A DNA stretch of 64,000 bases from Octopus sinensis. Taxonomy: Eukaryota. Positions within the stretch are counted from its first letter, which is position 1. The number at the start of each line of letters is the position of its first letter. Both the position numbers and the translations under genes were made by a program. Below are positions 39,003 through 51,367 of the stretch, piece after piece. The DNA is taken from the NCBI RefSeq assembly GCF_006345805.1, contig NC_043021.1:25606001-25670000 (forward strand). The letters are read 5' to 3'. The notes beneath the pieces were generated by a model. The model had not been told where the DNA came from. It saw only the letters and a list, made by a program, of their open reading frames with translations, and searched no databases.

Positions 39003-39623
39003 GTAAGTCTGAAGATTTCCTTCAAGTATAATCTTCATGGGTTTCTCTCCCATTACACACACTCACACACACACACACACCCATACACATGCTAATAAAA
39101 CTTGTTCAATGGTTGGATTGTAATCAACCAAAGCAGCCCTCATCCCCACCTCCCACCCCTGCCAGATTGGTCTGGTTTTTTGGTTCTTGCTGGAAACCCA
39201 ACAAGTAAGGGACAAAATCCATGAAAAGCATGCCTGGACCCTGCATGGGTTCAACGGTGATGTTGTTATAAGATGTGGGAACAGAAATAGTGGAGATCAT
39301 TGTAAAGCGGGATGTGGTGATGGTGGCAGCGATGGTGTTGGCAGTAGTGGTGGTGGTGGTGGTGTCATGTTCCTTTCAAGTTGTCACTGGTGCACATTGC
39401 ATTATTGTTCCTTACAGTTGCGTGTCCATCTTGCAGAAACCACTCTGTCCCTATCTTTACTCTAAAACTGATTTTTACAGAGCAATTGAAGTTGCTGGCA
39501 TGAATTTTGAGTGTAGCTTCATCGAGCATACACCCCCACCCCACATACACACACAGATATGTATGGAGGTATTTGTGTATATGTACACATATGTTATTCA
39601 GTTCATTGTGCATTTAGTATTTC

Positions 39624-39668
<45 letters not shown>

Positions 39669-39671
<3 letters not shown>

Positions 39672-39873
39672 TAATCCCTCGACTATCGTGGGTGTTATGT
39701 TCTAAAACTCCCTGGAATAGGTGAAAATTTGCCAAGTAGAAACAGTAATGCACTATTTAAAAAAAATATTTTTATAATTTGTATATATTTCTTTTATTAT
39801 AAATGCAAAACAACACAACGGAGGAATCGGAGTAAGCTAAAACAATAAACCACAATATGGTGAGGGATTACTG
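39669..39873. mobile_element. pogo/Tigger-like MITE, copy 2
   Basis: About 97% identical to 37141-37345, same TIRs. Confidence 0.8.
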
Positions 39874-40023
39874 CATATGTATGTATATATAAGGAGAGAG
39901 AGAGAGAGAGAGAGAGAGAAGTGGTGAGGTGGATAATCCTATCCAGGCTCATATCAAGCCTTGCTGTGTTGATCTCCCTTACAACTTCCTTAACAGCATT
40001 GGTAAGGGTTTTTCTTAGAAGTG

Positions 40024-40402
40024 AGGAGGCGCAATGGCCCAGTGGTTAGGGCAGCGGACTCGCGGTCGTAGGATCGTGGTTTCGATTCCCAGACCAGGCG
40101 TTGTGAGTGTTTATTGAGCGAAAACACCTAAAAGCTCCACGAGGTTCCGGCAGGGGATGGTGGTGATCCCTGCTGTACTCTTTCACCACAACTTTCTCTC
40201 ACTCTTACTTCCTGTTTCTGTTGTACCTGTATTTCAAAGGGCCGGCCTTGTCACTCTCTGTGTCACGCTGAATATCCCCGAGAACTATGTTAAGGGTACA
40301 CGTGTCTGTGGAGTGCTCAGCCACTTACACGTTAATTTCACGAGCAGGCTGTTCCGTTGATTCGGATCAACTGGGACCCTCATCGTCGTAACCGACGGAG
40401 AG
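40024..40402 (+). mobile_element. tRNA-derived SINE, second family (also about 29960-30260 and the split copy 31953-32173 + 32607-32690)
   Basis: tRNA-like head GGCGCAATGGCCCAGTGGTTAGG...GGTTTCGATTCC; shared body ATTTCAAAGGGCC...GGGTACACGTGTCTGTGGAG. Confidence 0.8.
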
Positions 40403-40692
40403 CTTCCTTTCCTCTTAGAAGTGACTTTCAATGCTGGTCAGTGGTCACTGGTCAGTGGTCAGTGGTCAGTGGTCAGCATAATTTGCACAAGAGGGACATA
40501 GCTGACAATGGCAATTAATTAGTTACTTAATTTTGCAAAATCATTGTGTAGTGCAAGATTCATCAATTAAGGGATATAATTAGACAGGGTATGCACTGCT
40601 GTGCAAATCCAGACTCACCAGTTTAGCTACACAAATATCAACTAAACAGAAATCTCCCCCTCTCTCTCTCTCCCATGTACACCCATATTTCT

Positions 40693-40728
<36 letters not shown>

Positions 40729-40859
40729 ATACATGCATCTGTGCATCTATTTCCTCTCCCCCATACACACTCATATGTACTCTCCCTCTCTCACTCACAC
40801 TCTCTCTGTTTTTCTCTTACGTCTACTTTCCTCTCTTTCTCTTTGCTTTCTTATTCCAG

Positions 40860-40949
40860 GTTTCATCCTGCTCTACGTAACGTACACCTGTATCGTCATC
40901 ATCAGCCGCTACATCTACGTTTGGCTGAAAAAGGAGGAGAAATGTCCAT
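40860..40949 (+). CDS. SLC8B1: NCLX exon (FILLYVTYTCIVIISRYIYVWLKKEEKCP)
   Basis: long pyrimidine tract + ccag acceptor, gtaagt donor, 90 nt, phase 1/1. Confidence 0.92.
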
Positions 40950-41091
40950 GTAAGTTGAATACACGCAGTCTGCGACACAAAACTAAAAAACCCAAAAATG
41001 AGAAAACCTCAAAATCCCAAAAAATCCCTCATCCCTTTTCTTTCTACCTAAATCAGAAGTTTAATGTTATAAAAATAAACTGGGGTAGGGG

Positions 41092-41307
41092 AACATTGAG
41101 GTACTGGGGCATTGGGGTACTGGGGCATTGGGGTGCTGGGGCATTGGGGTGCTGGAGCATTGGGGTGCTGGGGCATTAGGGTACTGGGGCATTGGGGTAC
41201 TGGAACATTGGGGTGCTGGGGCATTGGGGTACTGGAACATTGGAGTGCTGGAGCATTGGGGTACTGGAACATTGGGGTGCTGGGGCATTGGGGTACTGAG
41301 GCACTGG
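41092..41307. repeat. 16-bp G-rich minisatellite (CATTGGGGT(A/G)CTGG(GG/AA), about 13 units)
   Basis: Direct inspection. Confidence 0.9.
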
Positions 41308-41905
41308 GGTAGTGGAACTTCCTTTGAGATCCGTTATGTGTTTAATGTCGCAACTTAAACTCCCTTAATAGGGAACAGGTTGAAAGGAGAGACATTTACT
41401 CAGTGACTTATAACTAGTAATACTACAAAGTATAGTGGTGACCAAACCATTACACTTGGAAGGAGAAGCAGACTGGATTAGGATAATCTATGTGGAGCTT
41501 TAAATTCTACAGAAACGGTTGTACATTTAATTATAGAATATATCTAAATAGAAAAGACAGGTTTATGTCCTAAACCTTATGATATTAGGTCTGACAATCA
41601 CAAAAGGTGAGACAGCTTATGATATTATGTTTCCCAATCATAAAAAGTGAGACAGCTTATGACCCTAACAAGGGTCAGGAGAGGAAGTTCAACCGGAAAC
41701 CAATTTACTACTATTTATCTTTTACTTGTTTCAGTCATTGGACTGCGACCATGCTGGGGCACTGCCTTGAAGGGTTTTGTCAAACAAACCTCTTAACCAC
41801 CCGGCCATGCCTAGGTTAAACGAAATTATTTTCAAGATTAGCTGCTGCTGCTGTCAGTGATGATGATGAGCAAGTTTGTTGCTAATGTTGCACTCAATAG
41901 CTTTA

Positions 41906-41960
<55 letters not shown>

Positions 41961-42269
41961 GAGGGCAGTGAGCTGAGAGAATTCTTAGCACATTGGACAA
42001 ATGCTTAGCAGTATTTTGCAGGTTGCTACATTTTGAGTTCAAATTCCACCGAGGTTGACTTTGCCTTTCATTGATAAATCAAGTACCAGGGAAATACTGG
42101 GGTTGATGTATTCAACCTGTCCCCTCCTCACAAGTGTCAGGCCTTGTGCCTTTAGTGGAAAGGATTATTATTATTATTACTGTTGTTGTTGTTGTTGTTG
42201 TTGTAATACCCTTTCCACCCGGGTGTCAGCTTCATATTTGTAGCCATCTTCTTCATCCTTTTCTTGCAG

Positions 42270-42374
42270 TACTTGACTCCGATGATTCCTCAACCCAGTC
42301 TGAAAACTCAGAGAAAAACATCAAAGAGTTCTGTAAAGCTGTCAACAATACAGAAATAAGTGGGAGCACTAGTG
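42270..42374 (+). CDS. SLC8B1: NCLX loop exon (LDSDDSSTQSENSEKNIKEFCKAVNNTEISGSTS)
   Basis: ttcttgcag acceptor, gtacgt donor, 105 nt, phase 1/1, acidic loop; poorly conserved so less certain. Confidence 0.72.
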
Positions 42375-42986
42375 GTACGTGTGGCACCGACGAGCGTTTG
42401 ATATTGTTGTTGCTGGTCTTTTGTTCTTTTTTATCATTTACTTGTTCCGGTCATTGACAGCGTGGCCATACTGGGGCCACACTGTCCTGAGGCATTTAGT
42501 TGGACAAATTGACAACAGTATTTGTCTTTTTTTATTTTCTTGAGTCTGGACCTTTTTCTGTTAGTCTCCTTTAGTCAAACTGTTGTGTTTTGGAGAACAT
42601 AAACAAACCAACACCGGTTCCCAAGTCATGGGTGGGGACAAACGCAAGCAGAAAGACATACATACACACATACATACTAACTTCAGCAATGTAACCACAC
42701 ACATGTTGTTGGTTATTTTTTTAAACTTCTGTGGACTTTTCCCTTTCTCCTCGCTGATGAAGAGCTTTGCTCAAAACATCAAAAACTCTCTCTTTTTACC
42801 AAGCATCAAATTTATACATTTCTTGCGCACGTTCTCTTGTTGTTTGTTAGTTTTAATGTTCATTTATTCGATTTGACTGTGTGTATGTATATATATATAT
42901 ATGTATATATATACACATATACATATGTATGTGTGTGTATATATATATATATGATGATAGTATATACACACACATACATATGTATG

Positions 42987-43026
<40 letters not shown>

Positions 43027-43494
43027 CAATTCATAAATAAGGGAAAACGAAAAAATTTCTAATGCCAAATATGCCGAAAAATTGGACATATTGTCCATTA
43101 ACCATATAATTTTTTCACAATATGCATGCTACTCGAAAAAAGGTCGAAAGAAATTTCTAAAAAATTCCATTATTACCATATCGGACCGATTTCAGGGTTA
43201 GCTCATAACAGCCCTCCCTTCGTCAGTGATACATGTGGCAAAAGAAATAAATGAGATACTTACTCATACCCATGGAATAAATTTAACCTTTAAAGGTATT
43301 TTTTAATATGCTGGCCATTGATAAAATTTTTTTTGAAAATAATTTTTTTTCGAAAGAAATTTTATCCTACATTAGATATATATATATATATATTATTTAC
43401 ACATTTATACACATATGTGTGTTTGTGTATGTAGTATTCATATATATGTATGTATGTTTGTATACATACATACATACATACATACATACATACA

Positions 43495-43528
<34 letters not shown>

Positions 43529-43759
43529 CATACACATACACGCATGTATATATGGTCGGCTTTCACATAATCTTTGCCCACCAAATTTTCTCACAAGTTA
43601 TTGATCAACTCAGGACCCAAGTAAAAGTCATTTGCCCAAGATGCCATGCAGTGGGACTGAACCCAAAACCGCATGGTTGCAAGTGAGCTCTTTAAGCACA
43701 CAGTCACCTCTGTTGCTTAAGCTTTTGATAATGACCTGCTTTTGCCAATTATATATAAA

Positions 43760-44348
43760 TAACTAGGCACTGAAATAACAATGGATGGAGACTGCATTCA
43801 TGAAATAAATACAGGAATCAGCAAAGCCAAGAAATCATTCGTTAGGTTGAACTCAATATGGAAATCTTCAATACTCAGCAAGAGCAGAGGAATACGATTT
43901 CACAAAAGCAACATCCTTAGCATCCTCCTCTGTGGATCCGAATGTTGTAAAACAACCAAAACTAGGGAAAAGAAATTGGAGGGGGTTTCAAAATAAATGT
44001 TTACAAAAAACTTGGAAGGTCTACAGGCCGAACATGGTCTCAAATAGCCAACTGCACAGCAAGGCTACCGTGAAACCAATAAGAGAAACTATTGAAATAA
44101 GGAGATGGAAATGGCTGGGTCGAGATTGTCGCTATGAACCAAACTCAGTTGTCAGGATCCATTTGCAATGGGTTCCACAAAATAAAAGAAGAGGGGACGT
44201 GGCAGAGAACAATAACAAAAGATCTTAAAAGCAGAGGGTCAACAATGGAAGAATCTGTCAAGGACTCTTTCAGTGTTAGAAGGTGGAATGATCTTGCTGT
44301 CAGCTCAAGTGCCACAAGGGACAACGAGAACCGAATGAATGAATGAAT
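43760..44348 (+). mobile_element. RTE-clade LINE 3' fragment, second family
   Basis: EINTGISKAKKSF..L..IWKS, SILLCGSEC, FQNKCL, RRWKWLG; (ATGA)n tail. Confidence 0.85.
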
Positions 44349-45193
44349 AGAGATAACTGTGTTCCTAACTTGCTTCATAAAAGATGTGTAAAGGTACAGC
44401 CTTGATTGCAGGTGTTACGAACATCCCGATATGGATTGCTTCTTAGATTATTTTATGATCCAAATGGAGTTTGGTGTTTAACAGCAGACAATGATCGTAG
44501 AACACAACGGTGAGAATTGAATCAAGAAACACAGAAAAGATGCAGGGAAAGATTAGAGGAAAGGGCAAAGAGGAAGAAATAGGAATTAAGAATGAAGAGA
44601 GAGGAATCAGAAACAACGAGAAGAAAGGAATGGAACTGATGCAAAGAAATGGGAGAAGAATGTGTCGTATGATGAGCAACAAAACTGAAGCTAATGGGGA
44701 AATAATGAGAATTGTTAATCATGGAAGAAGTGAAAATATGAACAATGAAGACAAGCAAGAAAATTTTGTAGAAACCAGAATGAGAAAACGGAGAGAGAAA
44801 ATGATTGAAGAGAATGGACAAGATTTCCAAAAATTAATCAAAGAGTACGAAAGAAATGACAGAATCTTATTATGGAATGTGGTGATGTCTAATGCTGACG
44901 CTGTACCACAAAATGGGTTGCAGAGGAATTTCCATGGAGACTGCTTGTTGTTATTATTGTTGTTGTTGCTGGTGTCACTCTCCAAATCGGTTGATTCCAA
45001 TATAAAATTAATGTAATTTCTCTACAGCATCACACAACTTGTTCCCACACTTTCCTTTCTCCCACAAAATCCAAATTCAATTTCATATCCATGGGGTCAC
45101 TGACCTAACCCCTTCAGCCATAAACACGTCCTCCTTTTCTTTTCTTTCCCGTCACCCCAGGGAAATTCACTGGTTTCTATTTCGATATTTCAG

Positions 45194-45324
45194 ATAAGGA
45201 AGAACTCCTCAGTGATGATGAAGATCATAACTGTTTCCAAGATTTTCTCAGGGCTATAAACCCCATGGAATATTGTGACTACGCAGAGGCTCCGTGGTAC
45301 TGGAAAGCTTTTTACATTATAAAG
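45194..45324 (+). CDS. SLC8B1: NCLX exon (DKEELLSDDEDHNCFQDFLRAINPMEYCDYAEAPWYWKAFYIIK); alternative in-frame start at 45161
   Basis: tttcag acceptor, gtactt donor, 131 nt; RAINP..Y...W..YWKA-like signature. Confidence 0.88.
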
Positions 45325-45809
45325 GTACTTTAGGGGATTCTTTCTTTCTTTTTCAAACAGTTTACATAATTATGTTTAGTGAACTGCAAAATTAACACTA
45401 GCGTAGCCAGTGGTGGTGGGGTAAGTAAGGGTGGCCAACCCCACCCAGGCGGCACTTTTAAATGGGTGGCACTTTTGGGTCTGCTGTAGGCAATATGTGT
45501 TTTTCGTGGGGTCTGGGGCTGGCAAAAGGAAAGGGTCACCCCAGGTGGCACACACTCTAGCTATGCTAGTGGAAGTTAATAATAAAAATAACCCTTTCTA
45601 CTAAAAGCAGAAGACCTGTAATTTTGTGGAAAGGGTTTAGTTGCTTGCATCAACCCCAGTGTTTCACTGGTCCTTTTATTTTTCTGACGCTGATAGGAAG
45701 AAAAGCAAAGTCAACCTCGGTAAAATTTTAACTCAGAATGTAAAGACGGACAAAATGCCACAAAGCTTTTTTCCCAGCATGCTAATGATTCTGCCAACTC
45801 ACTGCCTTT

Positions 45810-45844
<35 letters not shown>

Positions 45845-46051
45845 AGTGATGGCCCCTCCCATTGAAGATGATGTAGGAGTGTTGAGCTTTTGCTGAACAG
45901 GTGAATCGTGTATCGCACACATCAGGTGTTGAAGTGATTGCAGAGCAATGCAAGATGAAGTGTTTTGCTCAAGAAACAAACACACCGCCCAGTCTAGGAA
46001 TTGAAACCATGATCTCGCGATCCTGAGTGCAACACCCTAACCACTAGGCCA

Positions 46052-46106
<55 letters not shown>

Positions 46107-46784
46107 CCTTTCTTCTATAAGCACAAGGCCTGAAATCTTGGGGGAGAGGCGATAGTCAGTTACATCGACCCCCAGTACTTGACTGGTACTTTTTTCATTG
46201 ACCCCCAAAAGGATGAAAACAAAGTTGACCCTGGCAGAATTTGAACTCAGAATGTGAAGATCCCCAAGAAATGTGGCTTAGCATTTCTTTCCAACATTGC
46301 TAACAATTCTTCCAACTCACCAACAACCTCAATAATAGTTTCTAATTTCGGCACCAAGCCAGCAACTTTTAAGGGAGGGGGTTATTTGATGTCACTGACC
46401 CCAATTTTGATGGTGATGATGGTGATGTTGTTGATGATGATGATGATGATGATGATGACAATGATATGATAGTAGTGGTGGTGGTGGTGGTGGTGGTGGT
46501 GGTGGTGGTGATAGTAGTAGTGGTGGTGGTGGTGGTGGTGGTGCTGGTGGTGCTGGTGGTGGTGGTGGTGGTTGTAGTGGTGGTGGTGGTGGTGGTGGTG
46601 GTGGTGGTGGTGGTGGTGGTGGTGGTGGTGATGATGATGAAGTCAATGACAAGGAGGAGGTGGGGAAGAAGGGGAAGAGAAGGGGCAGAGGCAGGTGGGG
46701 AGGAGAAGGAAGAGATTTCTTTATTTTTTTCCTTGATGACTGTTTGCCTTTATTTCGTTGTTGTTGTTGTTATTGTTGTTGCAG

Positions 46785-46917
46785 GCTCCTTTGTTATTTA
46801 TTCAACTCCTGACCATTCCCCTAATAAGTTACGAAAGACCTAACAAGGGATGGAACCGGCATTTAAATTCCTTGCATCTCATCACAGGATCCTTGTTCTT
46901 TGTGTTGGCCACTAATC
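46785..46917 (+). CDS. SLC8B1: NCLX exon (APLLFIQLLTIPLISYERPNKGWNRHLNSLHLITGSLFFVLATN)
   Basis: gttgcag acceptor, gtgagt donor, 133 nt, phase 0/1; WNR.LN motif. Confidence 0.93.
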
Positions 46918-47141
46918 GTGAGTATAACCGAAAATGTTTCTTCTTCTTCTTCTTCTTTCATTATTATTACATAACTGTTAGAATGCTGGGCAAAATGTTC
47001 TGAGTTCAAATTCTGCTGAGGTCAACTTTGCTTTTCATCCTCCATGGTCGATAAATTAAGTACCAGTGAAACACTGGGGTTGATGTAATCGACTAGTCCC
47101 CTCTCCACAAAATTTCAGGCCTTGTCCCTTCAGCAGAAAGG

Positions 47142-47206
<65 letters not shown>

Positions 47207-48097
47207 GATGGTGGCATGCTGGAAAAACTGTTAGCTTTCTGGGCAAAATGCTAAGCTGGATTTTGTCCATCTTTACGTTCTGAGTTCAAATACCACTATG
47301 GTCAACTTTGCCTTTCATCCTTTTGGGGTCAATAAAATAAGCACCAGTTGTGTACTGGGGCTGATGTTATTAACTTAGCCCCTTTCACAAAGTTTCAGAC
47401 TCTGTGCCTACAGTAGAAAGGATTCAGAAGTTTGCTTCCCAACCATGAGGTCTTGGGTTCAGTCCCACTGTGTGACACCTTAGGCAAGTGTCTTCTATTA
47501 GAACCCTAGGCCAACCAAAGTCATGTGTGTGGATTTGGTAGACGGAAACTGAAAGAAGCCATTTGTATATTACACACACACACACACAAACATGTGTGTG
47601 TGTGTGTGTGTGTGCGTGTGTGTGTACATGCGTGTGTGTGTGCGTATGTGTGTGTGTGTGTGTGTGTGTGTGATTGTCTCTCCACTTACATCTTTTGCTG
47701 CATAGTAAACTTCTCGCTATTTATAGCTGGAAGACCTAATACCTCTTCCAGGCTGACCAATTCCACACTTCATAAAAGACGAAATCTTCAAGAGTGAACC
47801 ACCAAAATTAGTGGGAAAATTTCATTTCATTTCAAACGACTGGATTTAAAGAACATTTCACTGCTATTATCTGAAGGTTTGTTACAAACCCCAATATTCA
47901 TGAAACAAATTTGCAGTCCTAAACAGGATCCCTCAAATGCCTCATAAATCTTAAACAGGCAAGACAACAATAGGGGCCCCACATAACATACCCCCAAGCC
48001 TGATTCTGTATGTTGCCCACAAATTCATTGCCATTTATTGTGTTACATTCTGGACACTAAACTGTCGTTGGTCAAGCTTTTTCTTTTCTTGTTTCAG

Positions 48098-48213
48098 TCC
48101 ATCACTCATACATCGGTCATCTGCCAGTGCTGGTCTTAGCACTGCTGATCGGGTCCGTCCTGGCAGCCATCGTTTTCTTCACGTCTTCCTATACACCCCC
48201 AAACTATTACCCA
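48098..48213 (+). CDS. SLC8B1: NCLX exon (LHHSYIGHLPVLVLALLIGSVLAAIVFFTSSYTPPNYYP)
   Basis: gtttcag acceptor, gtaagt donor, 116 nt, phase 1/0. Confidence 0.92.
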
Positions 48214-48489
48214 GTAAGTAGATATTTATGTTCAGTATTTTGTGACAAGTGCTGTACACTTGATACAACCAGTCAACCATTCCAATTGCACCACATTAAT
48301 CACTGGTACACTTGAAATACATACATAGGTATATGTATATGTGTGTGAGTGTACATACATACATACAGACATACAGACAGACACACACATGCATGCATAC
48401 ATACATACATACATACATAGATACATACATACATACATACATACATACATACATACATACACATATATACATACATGTATATATGTATA

Positions 48490-48705
48490 TGACAAGCTCT
48501 TTTGTCTTAATAACGGTAATTTTTCATAGCATTTTTCCAATGGCTGAATAACTGAAGAGATGGCAGCGTGGGTTTCCACCTCGGCATCTGAAACTCAGAG
48601 TTTTATAATGGCTACCGAATAATTGTTACATATTACATTTACAGATAAATTCCTCTATTTACATAATATCAAGGTCTCTTTCATTCTTTTGTCTTACCAT
48701 TTTTA
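48490..48705 (+). repeat. Solo copy of family C repeat with hammerhead-like motif at 48548-48606
   Basis: ATAA-CTGAAGA-GATG..CATC-T-GAAA-CTC(A)GAG-TT-TTAT; 3' part matches the reverse complement of 27480-27580. Confidence 0.65.
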
Positions 48706-49785
48706 TCAATATATATATATATATATATAATACAACAAAAATTTTAATTCTGGACATAGAGTTAGCGAAGGTTTTGTATGCAGAAAGGCCAAACCCTTGT
48801 GGAAAACTCATCAGACTCTAAGGCACCCATGCCAACCCCCTTGCTTGCGAAGACATGTTGGGGCAAGCGAAATCGAAATCGAATTGAACCAGCCAGGATC
48901 CCTGGTCTGGTGGTACGTAAAAAGCACTATCCGACTCGTGGCCGATGCCAGCACCCCCTCGTTTGGCTTCCGTGCAGGTGGCACATAAAATACACCAATC
49001 CGACCGTGGCCGTTGCCAGCCTCGCCTGGCACCTGTGCAGGTGGCACGTAAAAAGCACCCACTACACTCACGGAGTGGTTGGCGTTAGGAAGGGCATCCA
49101 GCTGTAGAAACACTGCCAGATAAGACTGGAGCCTGGTGCAGCCTTCTGGCTTTCCAGATCCCCGGTCGAACTGTCCAACCCATGCTAGCATGGAGAACGG
49201 ACGTTAAACGATGATGATGATGATGATGATGTAATAATTACTTTTCTATTCTTTAGCATGTACCTCTTTTCTGATACATGTTTTGTTGACTACATATATA
49301 TATATATATATATTGCATATTTGGCATTAGAAATTTTTTCTTTTGCCCTTTTTTATAAGTTATATATACACACACACACACAAATACACACATGTATGCA
49401 TGCACACACACACACACACACATGTATATACAGATTTATAATTACATAAAGGCGTAAATCAAGAATTTATGTTGGTGAAGGCCGGTCACCCAGAAACATG
49501 TAGCAATGAGTCTCTTCTTATCTCCACTCTACAAGAACGTCCTCTACTTAAATGGAAGATGAACTTTGAAGAGATTTTTGTGATTATCTCCCCTTCCCTT
49601 ACTGCCATTTTGTGTTGATGACATATCTTCAAGATGTGGGGATAACTTTAATACATCCAGTATTTTTATTGAAAAGCATTTGGCAATACCAGTATTTGCA
49701 TATGTATGTTTATGCATATGTGTATAAATATGAGTGTGTATATAATTATATATACATATAATGTATATGTAAATAGAGATATACA

Positions 49786-49842
<57 letters not shown>

Positions 49843-49890
49843 CATCATCATCATCGTTTAGTGTCCGATGATGATGATGTGATGATGATG

Positions 49891-49950
<60 letters not shown>

Positions 49951-49970
49951 ATATATATATATATATAGTA

Positions 49971-50096
<126 letters not shown>

Positions 50097-50147
50097 TATA
50101 TATAAATATGAAGTATCCACAATATTTTTTCTCCATTTTCTTATAAT

Positions 50148-50188
<41 letters not shown>

Positions 50189-50356
50189 CGCAGGAGTGGC
50201 TGTGTGTAAGTAGCCTGCTTACCTACCACATGGTTCTGGGTTTAGTCCCACTACGTGGCACCTTGGGCAAGTGTCTTCAACTAGAGCTTTGGGCCGACCA
50301 AATCCTTGTGAGTGGATTTGGTAGATGGAAACTGAAAAAAGCTTGTCGTATATATG

Positions 50357-50389
<33 letters not shown>

Positions 50390-50610
50390 ATGTTTGTGTG
50401 TCTGTATTTGTCCCCCCAACATAGCTTGATAACCGATGGTGGTGTGTTTACATCCCCATAACTTAGCGGTTTGGCAAAAGAGACCGATAGAATAAGTACT
50501 AGGCTTACAAAGATTAAGTCCTGGGGGTCGATTTGCTTGACTAAAGGTGGTGCTCCAGCATGGCCACAGTCAAATGACTGAAACAAGTAAAAGAGTAAAG
50601 AGAGAGTATA

Positions 50611-50656
<46 letters not shown>

Positions 50657-51367
50657 ATTATTATTATTATTATCATAAGAAAATGGAGAAAAAAATATTG
50701 TGGATACTTCATATTTTTCTCACAGGAATTCAATTGGTGATAAAGATCTTTCTAGAGAAGATGGAGAAGATGACACAGTCATATTTTTTCTCTGTTTTCT
50801 TACAGTAATAAATGTATGTTAGACTACACCTCTATAAACTGAAAGAATTCTCCCAAGATAGCATTGGTAACACCAGTTGATCTCTGGATTTTATAATCCC
50901 TACAGAAGACACTATATCCTCAACTGACTGAATATATATATATATGAGTAACAAAGGTGTATAAGTGTCAATTCCTTATGGCCGTTTCCAGCAACTCTTT
51001 TCATTGATCAATTAAAGGAGGCACTTGGAATGGCCGTAATGAATTGACACTTAGACATCTTTGTTACTCATTTAAGATTTACTCACCTACCCTGGAATCT
51101 GCACTTCGGAAGAATTTGGAAAGTATCTGGAAATAAAGTACATGTCTGAAAAAACAAGAGCAGATTTATTCACTAAGTTGGATCATGCCATCTGCAGACA
51201 CTTCATGAATATCAGGTGGAAAAAATTCTATGTAGAGTTTGATACTCACCTGATATTGTCTGAGTGTGCAAATAAGTTTATCCTAACAAAGTCCCTCAAT
51301 TTTAGTACCCAATCCAACTGAATCTAAATTACATTTCATATATATATATGTACCACACAAGTGGAAT

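Noticed and set aside
29452-41307. CRISPR-like or genuine tRNA genes
   Set aside because: The repeats are spacer-less minisatellites; the tRNA-like sequences are SINE heads without full cloverleaves
44510-45016. 168-aa Glu/Arg/Lys-rich ORF
   Set aside because: Purine-rich low-complexity tract inside an NCLX intron, with no domain motifs
50722-50815. Exon-like NSIGDKDLSREDGEDDTVIFFLCFLTVIN|gtatgt
   Set aside because: Entry phase 2 is incompatible with the phase 0/0 intron it lies in
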